Shown one piece after another: positions 12,913 through 24,399 of a DNA stretch of 64,000 nucleotides (positions within the stretch are counted from its first letter, which is position 1; every line of letters starts with the position of its first letter). The notes under the pieces were generated by a model. That model did no database searches, was not told the DNA's origin, and saw nothing but the letters and a program-made list of their open reading frames with translations. The DNA lies in the NCBI GenBank assembly GCA_964016885.1, contig OZ024747.1:40734001-40798000 (forward strand), given 5' to 3'. Position numbers and translations under genes: made by a program. The stretch is from Eledone cirrhosa. Its lineage: Eukaryota.

Positions 12913-12947
<35 letters not shown>

Positions 12948-13741
12948 GAGTACTGCCTTTAGATTTGAATGTTCTATACTTTTGTGATGTCTCTGCGTAT
13001 ATTTGTGGTCCAATATTTTTGTTCACTTTTTCGGTGTATTTGGCCTCTCTACTGAGTGGGGGCTTTTATGAATGACTTGTAGCCATTTATTCAAAGCTGA
13101 TACAGCTTGTTTGTATCTAGATGCCTTTAACGATTCTCAGAGACCACAGCCATCCGTTCCGTATAGCACAGCAAATGGGAACATCATCCCAACAACTGTC
13201 CGAAAAACAAATAAGTGAACAATAGGCTAGTAACGAGACAAATAGATCAACCATTAATGGGATGCAGTGTAATCGTTATTCGTCCTTGGGCAGTGACTAG
13301 TTTTCCGTATAGTCGCTGGGATAATCTTCCCAGTCGTTGTGGTATATTCTGGATAGTACGGTTACCACCCACCTTAATATACTGAAAACCAAGAGATCCT
13401 TTCGGTGTCAGTATCCAGAGGGGATAGGTGAAGTCCGGATATTATTTGTTTTGTTTTTTTGTTCCATTCGTATCGTTTCATTCCATCTCGAATTTGATTT
13501 AAAGAATTCTCCGACACTACACATGTTATTTCCAAACTTGTCTTATTATACATAACTATACATACATTTATGTGTGTGTATGTATGTGCTTTGTGTATAC
13601 TTATGTGGGTGTGAATAGTGTATATAGATGATTGAGTGAGAGAGAGAGAGAGAGTATAAGGAAGTTTCGTTATATTATGTGTAAGTTATATCTCTGCTCA
13701 GATAGCAGACCAGTCTATCACAAAAGACATCTATTAATATA

Positions 13742-13933
13742 TAATTGTTTCTACTTTTAGCACAAGGCCTGCAATTATCCCAGTACATTACTGGTACTTC
13801 ATTTTATAGACCCCATAAGGATGAAAGGCAAAGTTAACATCGGCGAGATTTGAACTCAGATCATAAAGGGACGTAACTCTATGCTGGAAAGCATGGCGTC
13901 CGATCCTCTACCGATACCGCCAATCCACCGCCA
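13742..13933 (-). mobile_element. tRNA-derived SINE
   Basis: Reverse complement of the 5481-5670 family. Confidence 0.85.
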
Positions 13934-14050
13934 TCTATTAATATATAATGCTCTTGTGTTTTTGTACGTCACGCAGAGGGAGGTAACTCATCTATATTTC
14001 AGTATTTAAATATAAATACATAAATATAAACACATACATATACATAAATA

Positions 14051-15193
14051 CTAGCAGTGTATCCCGCCGTTGCACGGGTAAGAACATTGGTATTAGCACC
14101 TCCAATGAGAAACGTTTATTTGTGAGTGCCTGTTAAAAACTCACGAAAATATGCCGACAGGAAACTTGTTTTATTTGGAGAAAATTAAGAAGTTGAAAGT
14201 ACAGTTTAGCTGTCTAGGTGCATTGTTCATAGAAATATTGTTGAGCCCCTTCTAGTCATACTCCTCTATTTTGGCCTATTGGAGTAAATGTGAAAGCGAA
14301 AGTCACAGGTTAAGTTGGCAGAAGGTTCCAGTGTCATAGCAGTAAGGCGTAGGCTACTTACCTCAAAAGTTCATTCGCACTCTTTCCACTAAGTTACTCT
14401 TTCACTCTATCCCCGTCGGTGCAGTCCCCTGCAAATTTCTCGTCGTGTAGATTTGCACCCGATCCATCTGCCCGATGCACATGTCCGCTTTGTACGGCTT
14501 TTGGAGGAAGGAGTGACCAGCAGTACGTTGTTCGGTATTATTACGAAAAGGTGTAGCAGAGAATCCCGCGTGAACTAACAGCTCGGGAGGAAACTGCTTA
14601 CCTCAAAGATTCATTTGCCATCGTTCTTGTCAATGCTCTGTTGGTTTATAGTTAGATGAATGGCGCACAAAGGGTTAATGTTTATTGGCAAGAAGTGAAA
14701 CTGGGCTGGCTTTCCTCGCTTATATTATATATTAAAATAACCGATTACAGTTTAAGCAAAGAATCGCTGCTTTCACCCTTAACGGGATCTTCTGAAACTA
14801 AAAAAATCAATCTGTGAACGCAGAAGTAAATATTTCGAAAAACGTTGCAACCGAAGGAAAACAGGAAGACGATACTTTCGTTCGCGAAGACGTTTCCTGG
14901 CAATGAACGGAAAATAGCGAACATAATACGTCATCAATGTTTGTCAGAATGTCGTAATGCAGACAGCCATACATACAGACAGATATTATAATGGTGCGAC
15001 GGAGATGGATAACCGGCGCCTAACACCCCTTTAACAACAGAAAATTGCAAAATAAAAGCTGCAGTTAATATCTTTAGACCGCAAGGAAGATATAAATGCA
15101 AGTTTGAAGTCAATCGGAGTAGAAATGTGGATTTGTATAGACTTTGCAAAAATGAGGACACACATTCAGACAACTACAGTTTTATATATATGA
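14051..15193 (-). mobile_element. Non-autonomous Helitron
   Basis: 5' TCATATATATAAAACTG; 3' cccgtgcaacggcggg hairpin + CTAG|T. Internal module 14750-14990 is shared with 25793-25930 and 39410-39535. Confidence 0.78.
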
Positions 15194-15240
15194 TTCAATG
15201 ATATTAAATAAATGGAAACTATATTTATAAAACCATATGT

Positions 15241-15299
15241 ATTCTATTATATATATTTCAAGGGTACCAAAACTTTGGTACGCCCTCATCAGATAAAAT
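15241..15299 (-). ncRNA. Type I hammerhead ribozyme (ATTTTAT family)
   Basis: Reverse complement attttat-CTGATGA-gggcgtaccaaagttttggtaccctt-GAAA-tatata-TA-atagaat. Confidence 0.78.
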
Positions 15300-15729
15300 A
15301 CAAAGTTTGTTTTATAAATATTGATATATCCAGGAAGAAGATCTTAATCTTAACGGTTCCAGTTTTTCCTGGATAGTTTTATATATATGTATAGATAGAT
15401 TATAGAAAATCATGACTACATAACACACATCTATGTGATAAGTGTGGAAGGAAGGGGGTTGGTGAAACACTACAGAAAACAGAGAACAGCGTTCGCTCCA
15501 CCTTTTACTCATACATATAAATGTATACACACACACACACACACGCACACACACACATACATGTGTGCATGTAATCATTATTTTCTCTGAGTCTGTTTAT
15601 GTGTAAGTTTGTGTAGATGTGTGTGTATGTAATAATTATCTTTAACTAGTGTTCTTAGAATGGCTACTCTTGTGTATGTGAGTGTATGTGTGAGTGTGTG
15701 TGTGAGTGTATGTGTGTGTGTATGTGTGT

Positions 15730-15874
15730 GTCTGTGTTATCCAAGGAGCCAGGTCCCTAGCAATATCGAAATAAATTAGAATTATCCAGAATATAAAACA
15801 ACCTTAGTTGAAAGGTATATACAAATACACAACTACCCGTTAGCCGCCATCTTAGACGGCACGGGACCAGCTAG
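15730..15874 (+). mobile_element. Short Helitron-like element (3' end)
   Basis: cccgt..gccg..cggcacggg hairpin followed by CTAG|T. Confidence 0.5.
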
Positions 15875-17354
15875 TATTTAATATATTCAATAACCTTATG
15901 CGTATAGAAAATACGATCATGCTTAGAGTTAATTAGAACTCTTGACATTAGTGATCAATCTATGTGTGTACATTTATTGATGGCCGATGTTTTAAGAATT
16001 AAATATGACTCTAGATCTACGGAAATGTTCAGTGAGAAGGTTGCTGCCCACTGGGAAATTATACTTCTGGGCGAAAACAACGATTGGCATGTTTTAATGT
16101 AGCCCCAGTCTAAACATTCTTCATTTTGGATTTTTTTTTTTTTATTCTCATACTTTTCAATAATGTTAATGCCTGTACTTTGTATTTATAGAATATTTTC
16201 CTATTTTTTGGTTTTCAATTGTGTATTATAACCCACTTCACATTTTAGTTTTAAACTTTTTTCTTTTCTTTTCCTCTATAATAAAACGTTATTCAAACAT
16301 ACGAAAACAATATACCAATAGCCATGAGAAAAGAGTATTGATTTCATTAAGCCATTCAGATTAAGAATATAAAATTAAAAAAAAAAACAGAATTTTGAAA
16401 TAATGAAAGAAATAATCACAACCAAAACATATTACAAAATAATACAGTAAAACAGCAAAAAGAAACCGTATTTTTCAACTGATAACAATTTATCCAGTAG
16501 CTCTTCTGTCTAATGTTTTATTTCAGTCTTCCATAGTTGTGTTGGGCAATTTCAAGCTTCTCTTCCAATACATTTTCTTCATTTTTCTATACAGGGTTAT
16601 TTTAATTTCTATTAACTTTTTTTCAAATGTATCGCTTACGTTCTATCTGATATTGGAAAACAAATATAAACATACACTATCGCAATCAGATTTCCCTTCC
16701 TTTCTAAAATTAGAATACACGTGCTTAAATTGGTTTCCATGTATATGTGCATCTATGTATAAATGCATGCATGTATACTGTGTCGATATGAATGCATTTT
16801 AATTTACATTACTCAACTACCAGTGCTGTTATGCGTGTGCACCTGCGGATACAACAAACTGCATATTTCTTTTCCAATACTGGGTTTAACGATTAGAATA
16901 TTATGATTTTTCTTCAAATCTTTAAACAAATTTTGCCGTTAATATGGCTGCCTAATTAGAAGGAGATTGACAGTCTTTATTACAGTAAACGTGAATGAGA
17001 AAATTAAAGTAGACAGAATACTGGAAATATATGATTTATTATATATTTTCACGTACATGTGGGTTTTATACTTATACTTGATTTAAATTTCCCGCAAATC
17101 AAGTCTGTGATCTAAATTCGATTGTGCCCAGACAACAAAACATCCTATTTCTCTGGCCAAAATATCAAAGCTGATCAATATTTACAATAATGTGTGTATA
17201 GACTCGTAACTCATAATGGAGTCGTAGAGCACTGATGTAACATACGGCATATCTTAGGCATTTTAGTCCTAGCGGAGCCGAACCCTCTCCAGGTCGGAAT
17301 ACAGCTGATTTCTTCAAGAGAAGGAGAGGGAGGAAGTGAGGAGGAGATATAGAG

Positions 17355-18392
17355 AAAAAAATCGACCAGTCATTTGATTTGTACTTTTCTTATTGACCTC
17401 GAAAGGTTGAAAGGCAAAGTTGACCTCGGTGAGATTTGAACTCAAAGCGCAGGGAGACGGAACGAACACCGCAAAGCATTCTATCCGACATTCTAACAAC
17501 TCTGTCATATCGCCGCCCAGTTATAATCATATGAAGTGGGTAAGGTGAGGTAGAGAAAACTGCATTATAATTTCTCTGCAAACCAGGATTTCCAATCCCT
17601 GTATCGTGATGTCATTTCTCGTCATTTAATGCGCTGGAGAAATGTTTGAATATCACAAAATCCTGTTTCCCGTCGTTTAAAATCTTTTCAAAATACATTC
17701 TGTTTGGATCAAGAAATTAGTGAAACATGTAGTTATAAACATTTTGAATGGAGGTCACCTCTTTATAGGATACGAATCAAATGTTTTTCTCAAAGCTTTC
17801 TAAAATCGATACATATTATAATAGTTATGTCCGATTTTATCAGTAGTATCGCATTGCTTTACACAATTGGCCGTCTTGCTTTGTTACAGGAAATCATTAT
17901 TATTTCTGATTAAGGGCGGTGGATTGGCAGTATTGGTAGAGGGTCGGACGCCATGCTTTGACGTATAAAGTTACGGCCCTTGCCATTCTGAGTTCAAATC
18001 CCGCCAAGGTTAACTTTGCCTTTCATCCTTACGGGGTCTATAAAATAAAGTACCAGTAACGTACTGGGTAATTGCTGGCCTTGTGCCAAAAAGTAGAAAC
18101 AATTATTATTTCTGATTTAGGTGCAAGACCAACGATTTATTTGAGGAGGGGAACGTCGATTAAATCGACCCTGTTTGTTACTGATGCTTTATTTTATCGA
18201 CCCCCCTAAGGATGAAAGGCAAAGCTAACCGCGGCGAGATTTGAAATGAGAACGTAAAGGGCCGTAACTATATGTCATGAAGCACGTTGTCCAACACTTC
18301 ACTGATACTTCCAATCTACACGCCATTAGGATTCATTATTAGTAATGTACTGGGTAATTGCTGGCCTTGTGCCTAAAGTAGAAACAGTTATT
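17355..18392. mobile_element. SINE cluster (17355-17517 minus, 17913-18107 plus, 18108-18320 minus, 18340-18392 plus partial)
   Basis: Repeated A/B box and central domain matches to the window's main SINE family. Confidence 0.8.
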
Positions 18393-18552
18393 ATAATATT
18401 GTTATACTTTGGGAGGGTCATGTTGCCAATAAGAAACACACGCACCAGTTGCTTTCACTTCAATTTATTATAATAAATTTATAATAAATTTATAAATTTA
18501 TAAATTTCTGGTTGGTTGGTTGGTTCCACAACCAGATAGTTGTTTATATATT

Positions 18553-18595
18553 GTCATAGTTCTTTCGTCACACACTCTGTGACCTCTTCAGTGAC
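18553..18595 (-). ncRNA. Hammerhead ribozyme in inverted pLTR
   Basis: Mirror copy of 20861-20903. Confidence 0.8.
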
Positions 18596-19005
18596 TGGGG
18601 ATTCCTTTCTTTGTTTCTGTGCCTCTCCTTTGTTCTGTCCTACGCCATTTTGTTTCTGTGTGTGTGTTGTGTGCTCAGTCTGCGCATGCGCCACATCCGG
18701 GTGTCTGTGTGTGTTTATGTTCATTTATTTATTTGTTTATTTACATGTTACTGGTTGGTTGTTTGTTCTATGTGTGTGTATGTTTTCATTTTGTCCTTAA
18801 TTGTAAGTTGTGATGTTGCTGTTCCACTCATATTGTCTATTTAATTTTGGTTGTAATTCTTTTATGTTTATTGCCTCTGTAATTTGTCTAAACATTGCGT
18901 CTTTTCTGTGTGTAGATTCTATTTTTATTTCTATGTTCTCTAATTTACCCTTGTGTTCTATTTTAGCATGTTGGTAGGGACCTAACAAACTGCATAATAG
19001 GTAGT

Positions 19006-20286
19006 ATGGATGTTGTGTCACTGTATCCATCTATTGACGTGGATTTTGCTGTGGAGAAATGCGTAGAAATGATCAGTGAGAGCAATGTTGAGTTCCGTGG
19101 GATTGATACCAGTGAGCTGGGACTCCTACTTAAACTTACCTATAGTAATAATTACCTAGACACATATGACCTTAGCAACCTGTGCCCTACAAGACCAGCA
19201 AGAGGCAGACCACCTACCATTACCTCAATGGCCAAGAAAACCCACACAGATAGATGGAACGGGTGGAACAGAGCCATACGGACACCCGAAAACCACGATG
19301 AACTGAAGAAAATGATCGCACATGCGGTAGGGGCCAGCATAAAACTAACCCTTAAGGAACATATGTTCAAATTTAATGGAAAAACATATGCCCAAGAGGA
19401 AGGAGCAGCCATTGGTGTTAGCATTGCAGGCAACATAGCTAACTTATTCATGGTATGGTGGGTCAGTAGATTTAAACTTAAACTTAAAGAACAATTAGAA
19501 GACCCCTTAACCCTGATAATGTACTCCCGCTACGTTGATGATATAAACATCGTAGTTAAGACATCCCCACTAGAGAACAGTCAGGAACTAGAGAAAAACA
19601 CAATGGAAAGCATCCAGCAAATAGCTAACTCCACCCACCAGAGCATTAGAGTTACTATAGACTGCCCAAGTAAACACCCCAACCACCGATTACCTGTACT
19701 AGACACAGAGCTCTGGTTAGATACCATTAATAATAAAAAACAAATCCGCCATTCCCTTTATGCCAAACCCATGACTTCCAAACATCTGATCCACCGAAAC
19801 TCGGCCGTTTCGGACCATACCAAAATCAACATACTGATTGCGGATTTGGTACGGGTGATGAGAAACGTGTCCCGCATGTGCAACCCCGAAGAACTAGAGA
19901 GACACATACAACACTTCATCCACCGTATGCAGTTCTCTGGCTACAATCAGAGAGATAAAATCAGAGTGTATAGAGGAGCCAGAACCAAATGGGAAAAAAT
20001 GGTAAATAATGACATAAATGGGACCTGCCCCTTGTATAGGAGCAAATTTTGGAATAGAATAGAAAGAACTAGGAACAAGGCTAATAGAATAAACTCATGG
20101 TATGATAGCAATAAATACCAGAGTGTAATGTTCATTGATACAACCCCTAGAGGTGAATTAGCTTACAAATTTAGAAGGGCCCTAAATAAACATAAACTAA
20201 ATATTAAGATAGTAGAAAGACCAGGTACCTCCGTAAAAACACTCATTAGCAAGACACCCTTTTCAAAGACCCTCATGTATAGATAA
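19006..20286 (+). CDS. Penelope-like reverse transcriptase (partial)
   Basis: SMDVVSLYPSI, QEEGAAIG, YSRYVDD, LPVLD, YAKPM motifs. Confidence 0.9.
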   Translation: MDVVSLYPSIDVDFAVEKCVEMISESNVEFRGIDTSELGLLLKLTYSNNYLDTYDLSNLCPTRPARGRPPTITSMAKKTHTDRWNGWNRAIRTPENHDELKKMIAHAVGASIKLTLKEHMFKFNGKTYAQEEGAAIGVSIAGNIANLFMVWWVSRFKLKLKEQLEDPLTLIMYSRYVDDINIVVKTSPLENSQELEKNTMESIQQIANSTHQSIRVTIDCPSKHPNHRLPVLDTELWLDTINNKKQIRHSLYAKPMTSKHLIHRNSAVSDHTKINILIADLVRVMRNVSRMCNPEELERHIQHFIHRMQFSGYNQRDKIRVYRGARTKWEKMVNNDINGTCPLYRSKFWNRIERTRNKANRINSWYDSNKYQSVMFIDTTPRGELAYKFRRALNKHKLNIKIVERPGTSVKTLISKTPFSKTLMYR

Positions 20287-20341
20287 GAAATGTATAACCT
20301 GTAAAATAAGCCTCCATATTAACTGTAAAACTAGAAATTTA

Positions 20342-20659
20342 GTGTATAGCATAAGATGTACCGAAGGACAATGTAGAGAAAAAAATATAGTGTACATAGG
20401 TGAGACAGCTCGTAGTGTAGGGGAACGGATAAATGAACACTGGCGAGACCTTCAAGATAGTAAAGAATCATCTGTGCTCTACCAACATGCTAAAATAGAA
20501 CACAAGGGTAAATTAGAGAACATAGAAATAAAAATAGAATCTACACACAGAAAAGACGCAATGTTTAGACAAATTACAGAGGCAATAAACATAAAAGAAT
20601 TACAACCAAAATTAAATAGACAATATGAGTGGAACAGCAACATCACAACTTACAATTAA
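20342..20659 (+). CDS. GIY-YIG endonuclease of the Penelope element (frameshifted from RT)
   Basis: Cys-rich linker CIDKKCITC..C, then VYSIRC..C..YIGETARS..ER..EH..R.ITEA..I..P.LN. Confidence 0.88.
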   Translation: MYSIRCTEGQCREKNIVYIGETARSVGERINEHWRDLQDSKESSVLYQHAKIEHKGKLENIEIKIESTHRKDAMFRQITEAINIKELQPKLNRQYEWNSNITTYN

Positions 20660-20860
20660 GGACAAAATGAAAACACACACACACATAGAACAAACAACCA
20701 ACCAGTAACATGTAAATAAACAAATAAATAAATGAACATAAACACACACAGACACCCGGATGTGGCGCATGCGCAGACTGAGCACACAACACACACACAG
20801 AAACAAAATGGCGTAGGACAGAACAAAGGAGAGGCACAGAAACAAAGAAAGGAATCCCCA

Positions 20861-20903
20861 GTCACTGAAGAGGTCACAGAGTGTGTGACGAAAGAACTAT
20901 GAC
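20861..20903 (+). ncRNA. Minimal type I hammerhead ribozyme in Penelope pLTR
   Basis: gtca-CTGAAGA-g-gtcaca-gagtg-tgtgac-GAAA-gaac-TA-tgac. Perfect stem I and stem II. Confidence 0.82.
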
Positions 20904-21744
20904 AATATATAAACAACTATCTGGTTGTGGAACCAACCAACCAACCAGAAATTTATAAATTTATAAATTTATTATAAATTTATTATAATAAATTGAAGTG
21001 AAAGCAACTGGTGCGTGTGTTTCTTATTGGCAACATGACCCTCCCAAAGTATAACAATATCGGTTTCAACACACGATTTCAGATAAAGAATCTTGCTAAA
21101 CAAATTCAGAAACGAAAGTTATTATAATATTATAAATAAAGAAGATATGTAGCCGATTTCTCGGAAATTTTAACGCTGAAAATATAAAGTTAATATAAAG
21201 AATGATGTGCTCATGCACCGAGATGCTATAAAATATCTTATAAAATAGGATGAAGTCCATTAAATGACGGAAAAAGAAGTTGCCACCGGCCACTATGAGG
21301 AACGGAACTCTATATCTCCAGTAAGTGGCAGATCATAAATTCACTTCCCCACAGAGGCAAATGGCATCCTTTTTCCGTCATTCAATTGTCCACCATATTT
21401 TATAAGCTATTTTATAGCATACATAGGAAATATAATGAGTTAACATCATCTCTGTCGTTATATATAAGTAGTCAACCTCAGTGGAGGTTGCTGAACGCGC
21501 GAGCCGAGGCCGCATGGTACCGTGGCCGGAATTTTTACTTATCACTATACCCACTCTGCATCTCCCGATGCATTGAGTATCCTCATAATTAGTGGTCTCC
21601 CTGGTTTCTTTTGATTTCAGGTCTTAGAAGTAATATATTTATATCATTGTCTGAAATCACTTTATATCATTGTAACTTTTCTTTTAATCAATTCTATCAT
21701 TTGACTGAAAATCCATGTTTTTGCGTGGTTATTCAAAGCCGGGT

Positions 21745-21905
21745 ACGCAGCATAGCCGAATGGTTACGGAAGTCGTTTCCCATTCATTAAGTCCTTGATC
21801 CGATCCTACTGCGTGGCATCTTGTCCAAATCTCCTTTACCTATAGCATCGCGTCGATCCATGCCTTGAAAGTGAGCTTGGATAAATGAAAATTGTTTGGA
21901 AGGGT
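21745..21905 (+). mobile_element. Second tRNA-derived SINE family, degenerate
   Basis: tagccgaatggtta A-box-like head, gatccgatcc B-box-like, then actgcgtggcatcttg..tatagc..gccttg body. Confidence 0.5.
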
Positions 21906-22689
21906 GACGGAGGACTGTACCAGTAATTCATTGGGCCATCTTTGTTTCACACTGTGTACGCATGTGTGTGTGTGTGTGGTGTATGTGTTGTGTATGTGTG
22001 TATGGGTAGTGTATGTATGTGTCTATGTATATAAAGGTATAGTGGAGGCGTGTACCCTAGTGGTTACGATGTTGTTTACCGGGCCATAAAGTTGTTCATT
22101 CAATTCTTGGATTGGGTAGTACGTTGGATATTTGAGAAAAACGCTTTATTTTATGCGGGTCATTGTGACAGATAGTATCCGCAATGGAAACATTATTTCC
22201 CTAGTCCGATCTGACGATAGGACTTTTTTAATCTTTGCACACGCATACATGTTAGCATGCCCATCAAAATCCTAAGGTTATTTTGAAAAATATAAAATTT
22301 GGGGCAGATGTTATTTTTCTGACGAAATGTTATTATTCTGACGCTTAGGCGAGGAATTGTTTGAAAACTATATACTTTGTTACGTATCTAGTAAGTCTTT
22401 TGCATTAAGAGTTGTTATTTATTATTTCAATCTTTATGTCAAGAAATGAACATGTCCGAGAAAAAGTTACATATAATTGTCTATGAAGGAATATTGGTTC
22501 AGTTCTGTTCATTTTCCATAGAGGTTATTTTATTCAAATAATAGAAAATATGTTGAACAAATATTCTATATAGCAAACATTTGTAACTGACGAAGTATGA
22601 AATGAAATCAATCGAATCAACGAAGGAAAATGAGGGCAGGAGCGAGGGATAGACTCTATACTCCAGTCTAAGCTATGATTTTGTAGCAG

Positions 22690-23870
22690 ACAGAATTGCA
22701 AAGGCATTGCTATAGAGAATGGACAGCGACATCCACTCTGCCCTCACAGGGCTCCTTCCTCAAGCCGGCTGATGTCTTTCCTATTTGGCGGAAGAGATCG
22801 GCAGTTCAGTTCGGGGTCCAAGGACAGCAGAAGGCTGGACAGCAACCAATCCGAAAGGGAAGCGGTCGGTCAAGCCCTTGTATTTGTTTATATTCCTCTC
22901 CTCTGCATTTCGGGCGGCGCAGCTCGTGTTTGCGGCCGAAGGGACATGGCTGGGGATAGAGAACGCGTGACAACACGCCACGTCACAGATTAGGGATTTG
23001 TCTCCCTTGAATGGGAAGAGAATTGTTCCGTCAGGACGCGTACCATCGCCACAGTCGAGGTTAGCTGGCTCTAATTGTGACGGGAAACCGGCTGCATCGG
23101 TGGTCCTCTTGATGATGTCGTCAGAGTGGCGTGTCTGGGGAACCGGCTTGCACTAAGACGGAATGATAGCGGGGTGTAGACCAAACTCGTCAACACAAGC
23201 GCCACAACAGCATTTGTGTGGCTCGCACACGTGGAGGCCGAGTCTTCCAGCTACTCTAATGCTATCATGAGCGGAGCGGAGTCATGTAAGAGGGTCTTGA
23301 TCTAAGGAAAACTCAATTCGCAAGAAGGAAGACTTGCACTTGATGTCATCCCAGGTACGTTGGACATCTGCATACTAGAGGATGGCGAGGCTTTAGTCGG
23401 TCCAATCAGCCAGAGATGATTGCAGTTCTCAGGCCACGTCATATGCTGCCGTATGGCGGCAGACCACGCTGATGAGGGTGTGCATGTAGGAGATTGAAGA
23501 GAGATAGGCAGATCAGTGCCAAGTCTCAGGTAGATTGGAAACCGAAGCCACCGAATTTCGCCTGTAGCCAGCCGGTGCTATCGCAGCTACCATTGCATAT
23601 GAGTTCAACATAACATCAGATAGTAGCCTTGAATTCGACCTGCAAAAGAACATTAGTGGGAATGCGGGGAGAGCAAAGTAGTTCCTCGAGTGGAAGAGCG
23701 ACGGATGCGCGTCAAAGTGGCACAATACCTCCGTCATTCTCGTCAGATATGCATGCTTGGTCTCCAAGCCCTCTCGTATGACTTCGGGGAGGATCGGAGA
23801 GCCGAGAATGCGTTAGCCGAACCCCATTTAGGATTAACTGGATGCTCAGTACAGCGGCCTAGAATTCAGC
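22690..23870 (-). mobile_element. Old, degenerate CRE-clade retrotransposon (3' part)
   Basis: Manual translation gives [64 protein letters not shown] and SLSILYSNAFAIL, colinear with the 777-1559 RLE domain. Confidence 0.8.
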
Positions 23871-24010
23871 TATGAGGTATCCGTTTTGGCTCTCTACTGT
23901 GTTCAAATCCTACTGAGGTAAACTTTGCCTTTCAGTCATTGAGGTCGATAAAAAAAGTACCAGTTAAGTATTGGGGTCTATTTTTTTCCTCTATATCTCC
24001 TTCGCATTCC

Positions 24011-24085
<75 letters not shown>

Positions 24086-24399
24086 CCTCCCCCTCCCTCT
24101 CTCTATCTATCTATTTATCTCTTGCACCTTTTCTGGACGAAATCTACTGTATTCAGACCTGGATAAGAGATGGGCTCTGTTAGGTTTTAAAATGCCCTAG
24201 AAACGCCTTATGTCTATACGGCGGCTCCACGACTCCCTCAGGATTTATGTGGGGGCGGGGGTAGAAGAAGAAAGAAATAGTTAACAACTTTTTTAGGTAG
24301 AGAATACACTCTGCGAATGGATTGACACTTTTAACACATCGTCGTATATTTAAAGTATCATGCAGTGAAACCCTATACAATCTTTTAGAATTTGCCATT

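Larger units (their letters stand above)
12298..12916. repeat. ORF-less fold-back element with about 185-bp inverted arms, each carrying a hammerhead
   Basis: 12298-12480 is the imperfect reverse complement of 12730-12916. The spacer holds a module also seen inverted at 55503-55630, plus (TA)n. Confidence 0.85.
18396..21115 (+). mobile_element. 5'-truncated Penelope-like element (Naiad-like) with about 580-bp inverted pseudo-LTRs
   Basis: 18396-18977 is a near-perfect reverse complement of 20478-21060, with RT and GIY-YIG between them. The 3' tail contains the ORF start MTLPKYNNIGFNTRF. Confidence 0.92.

Noticed and set aside
16480-17800. Possible small minus-strand host exons (e.g. KALRKTFDSYPIKR / MYFEKILNDGKQDFVIFKHFSSALNDEK with a 59-nt GT-AG intron)
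   Set aside because: Short, no recognisable protein family, and no consistent multi-exon model. RNA-seq would be needed.
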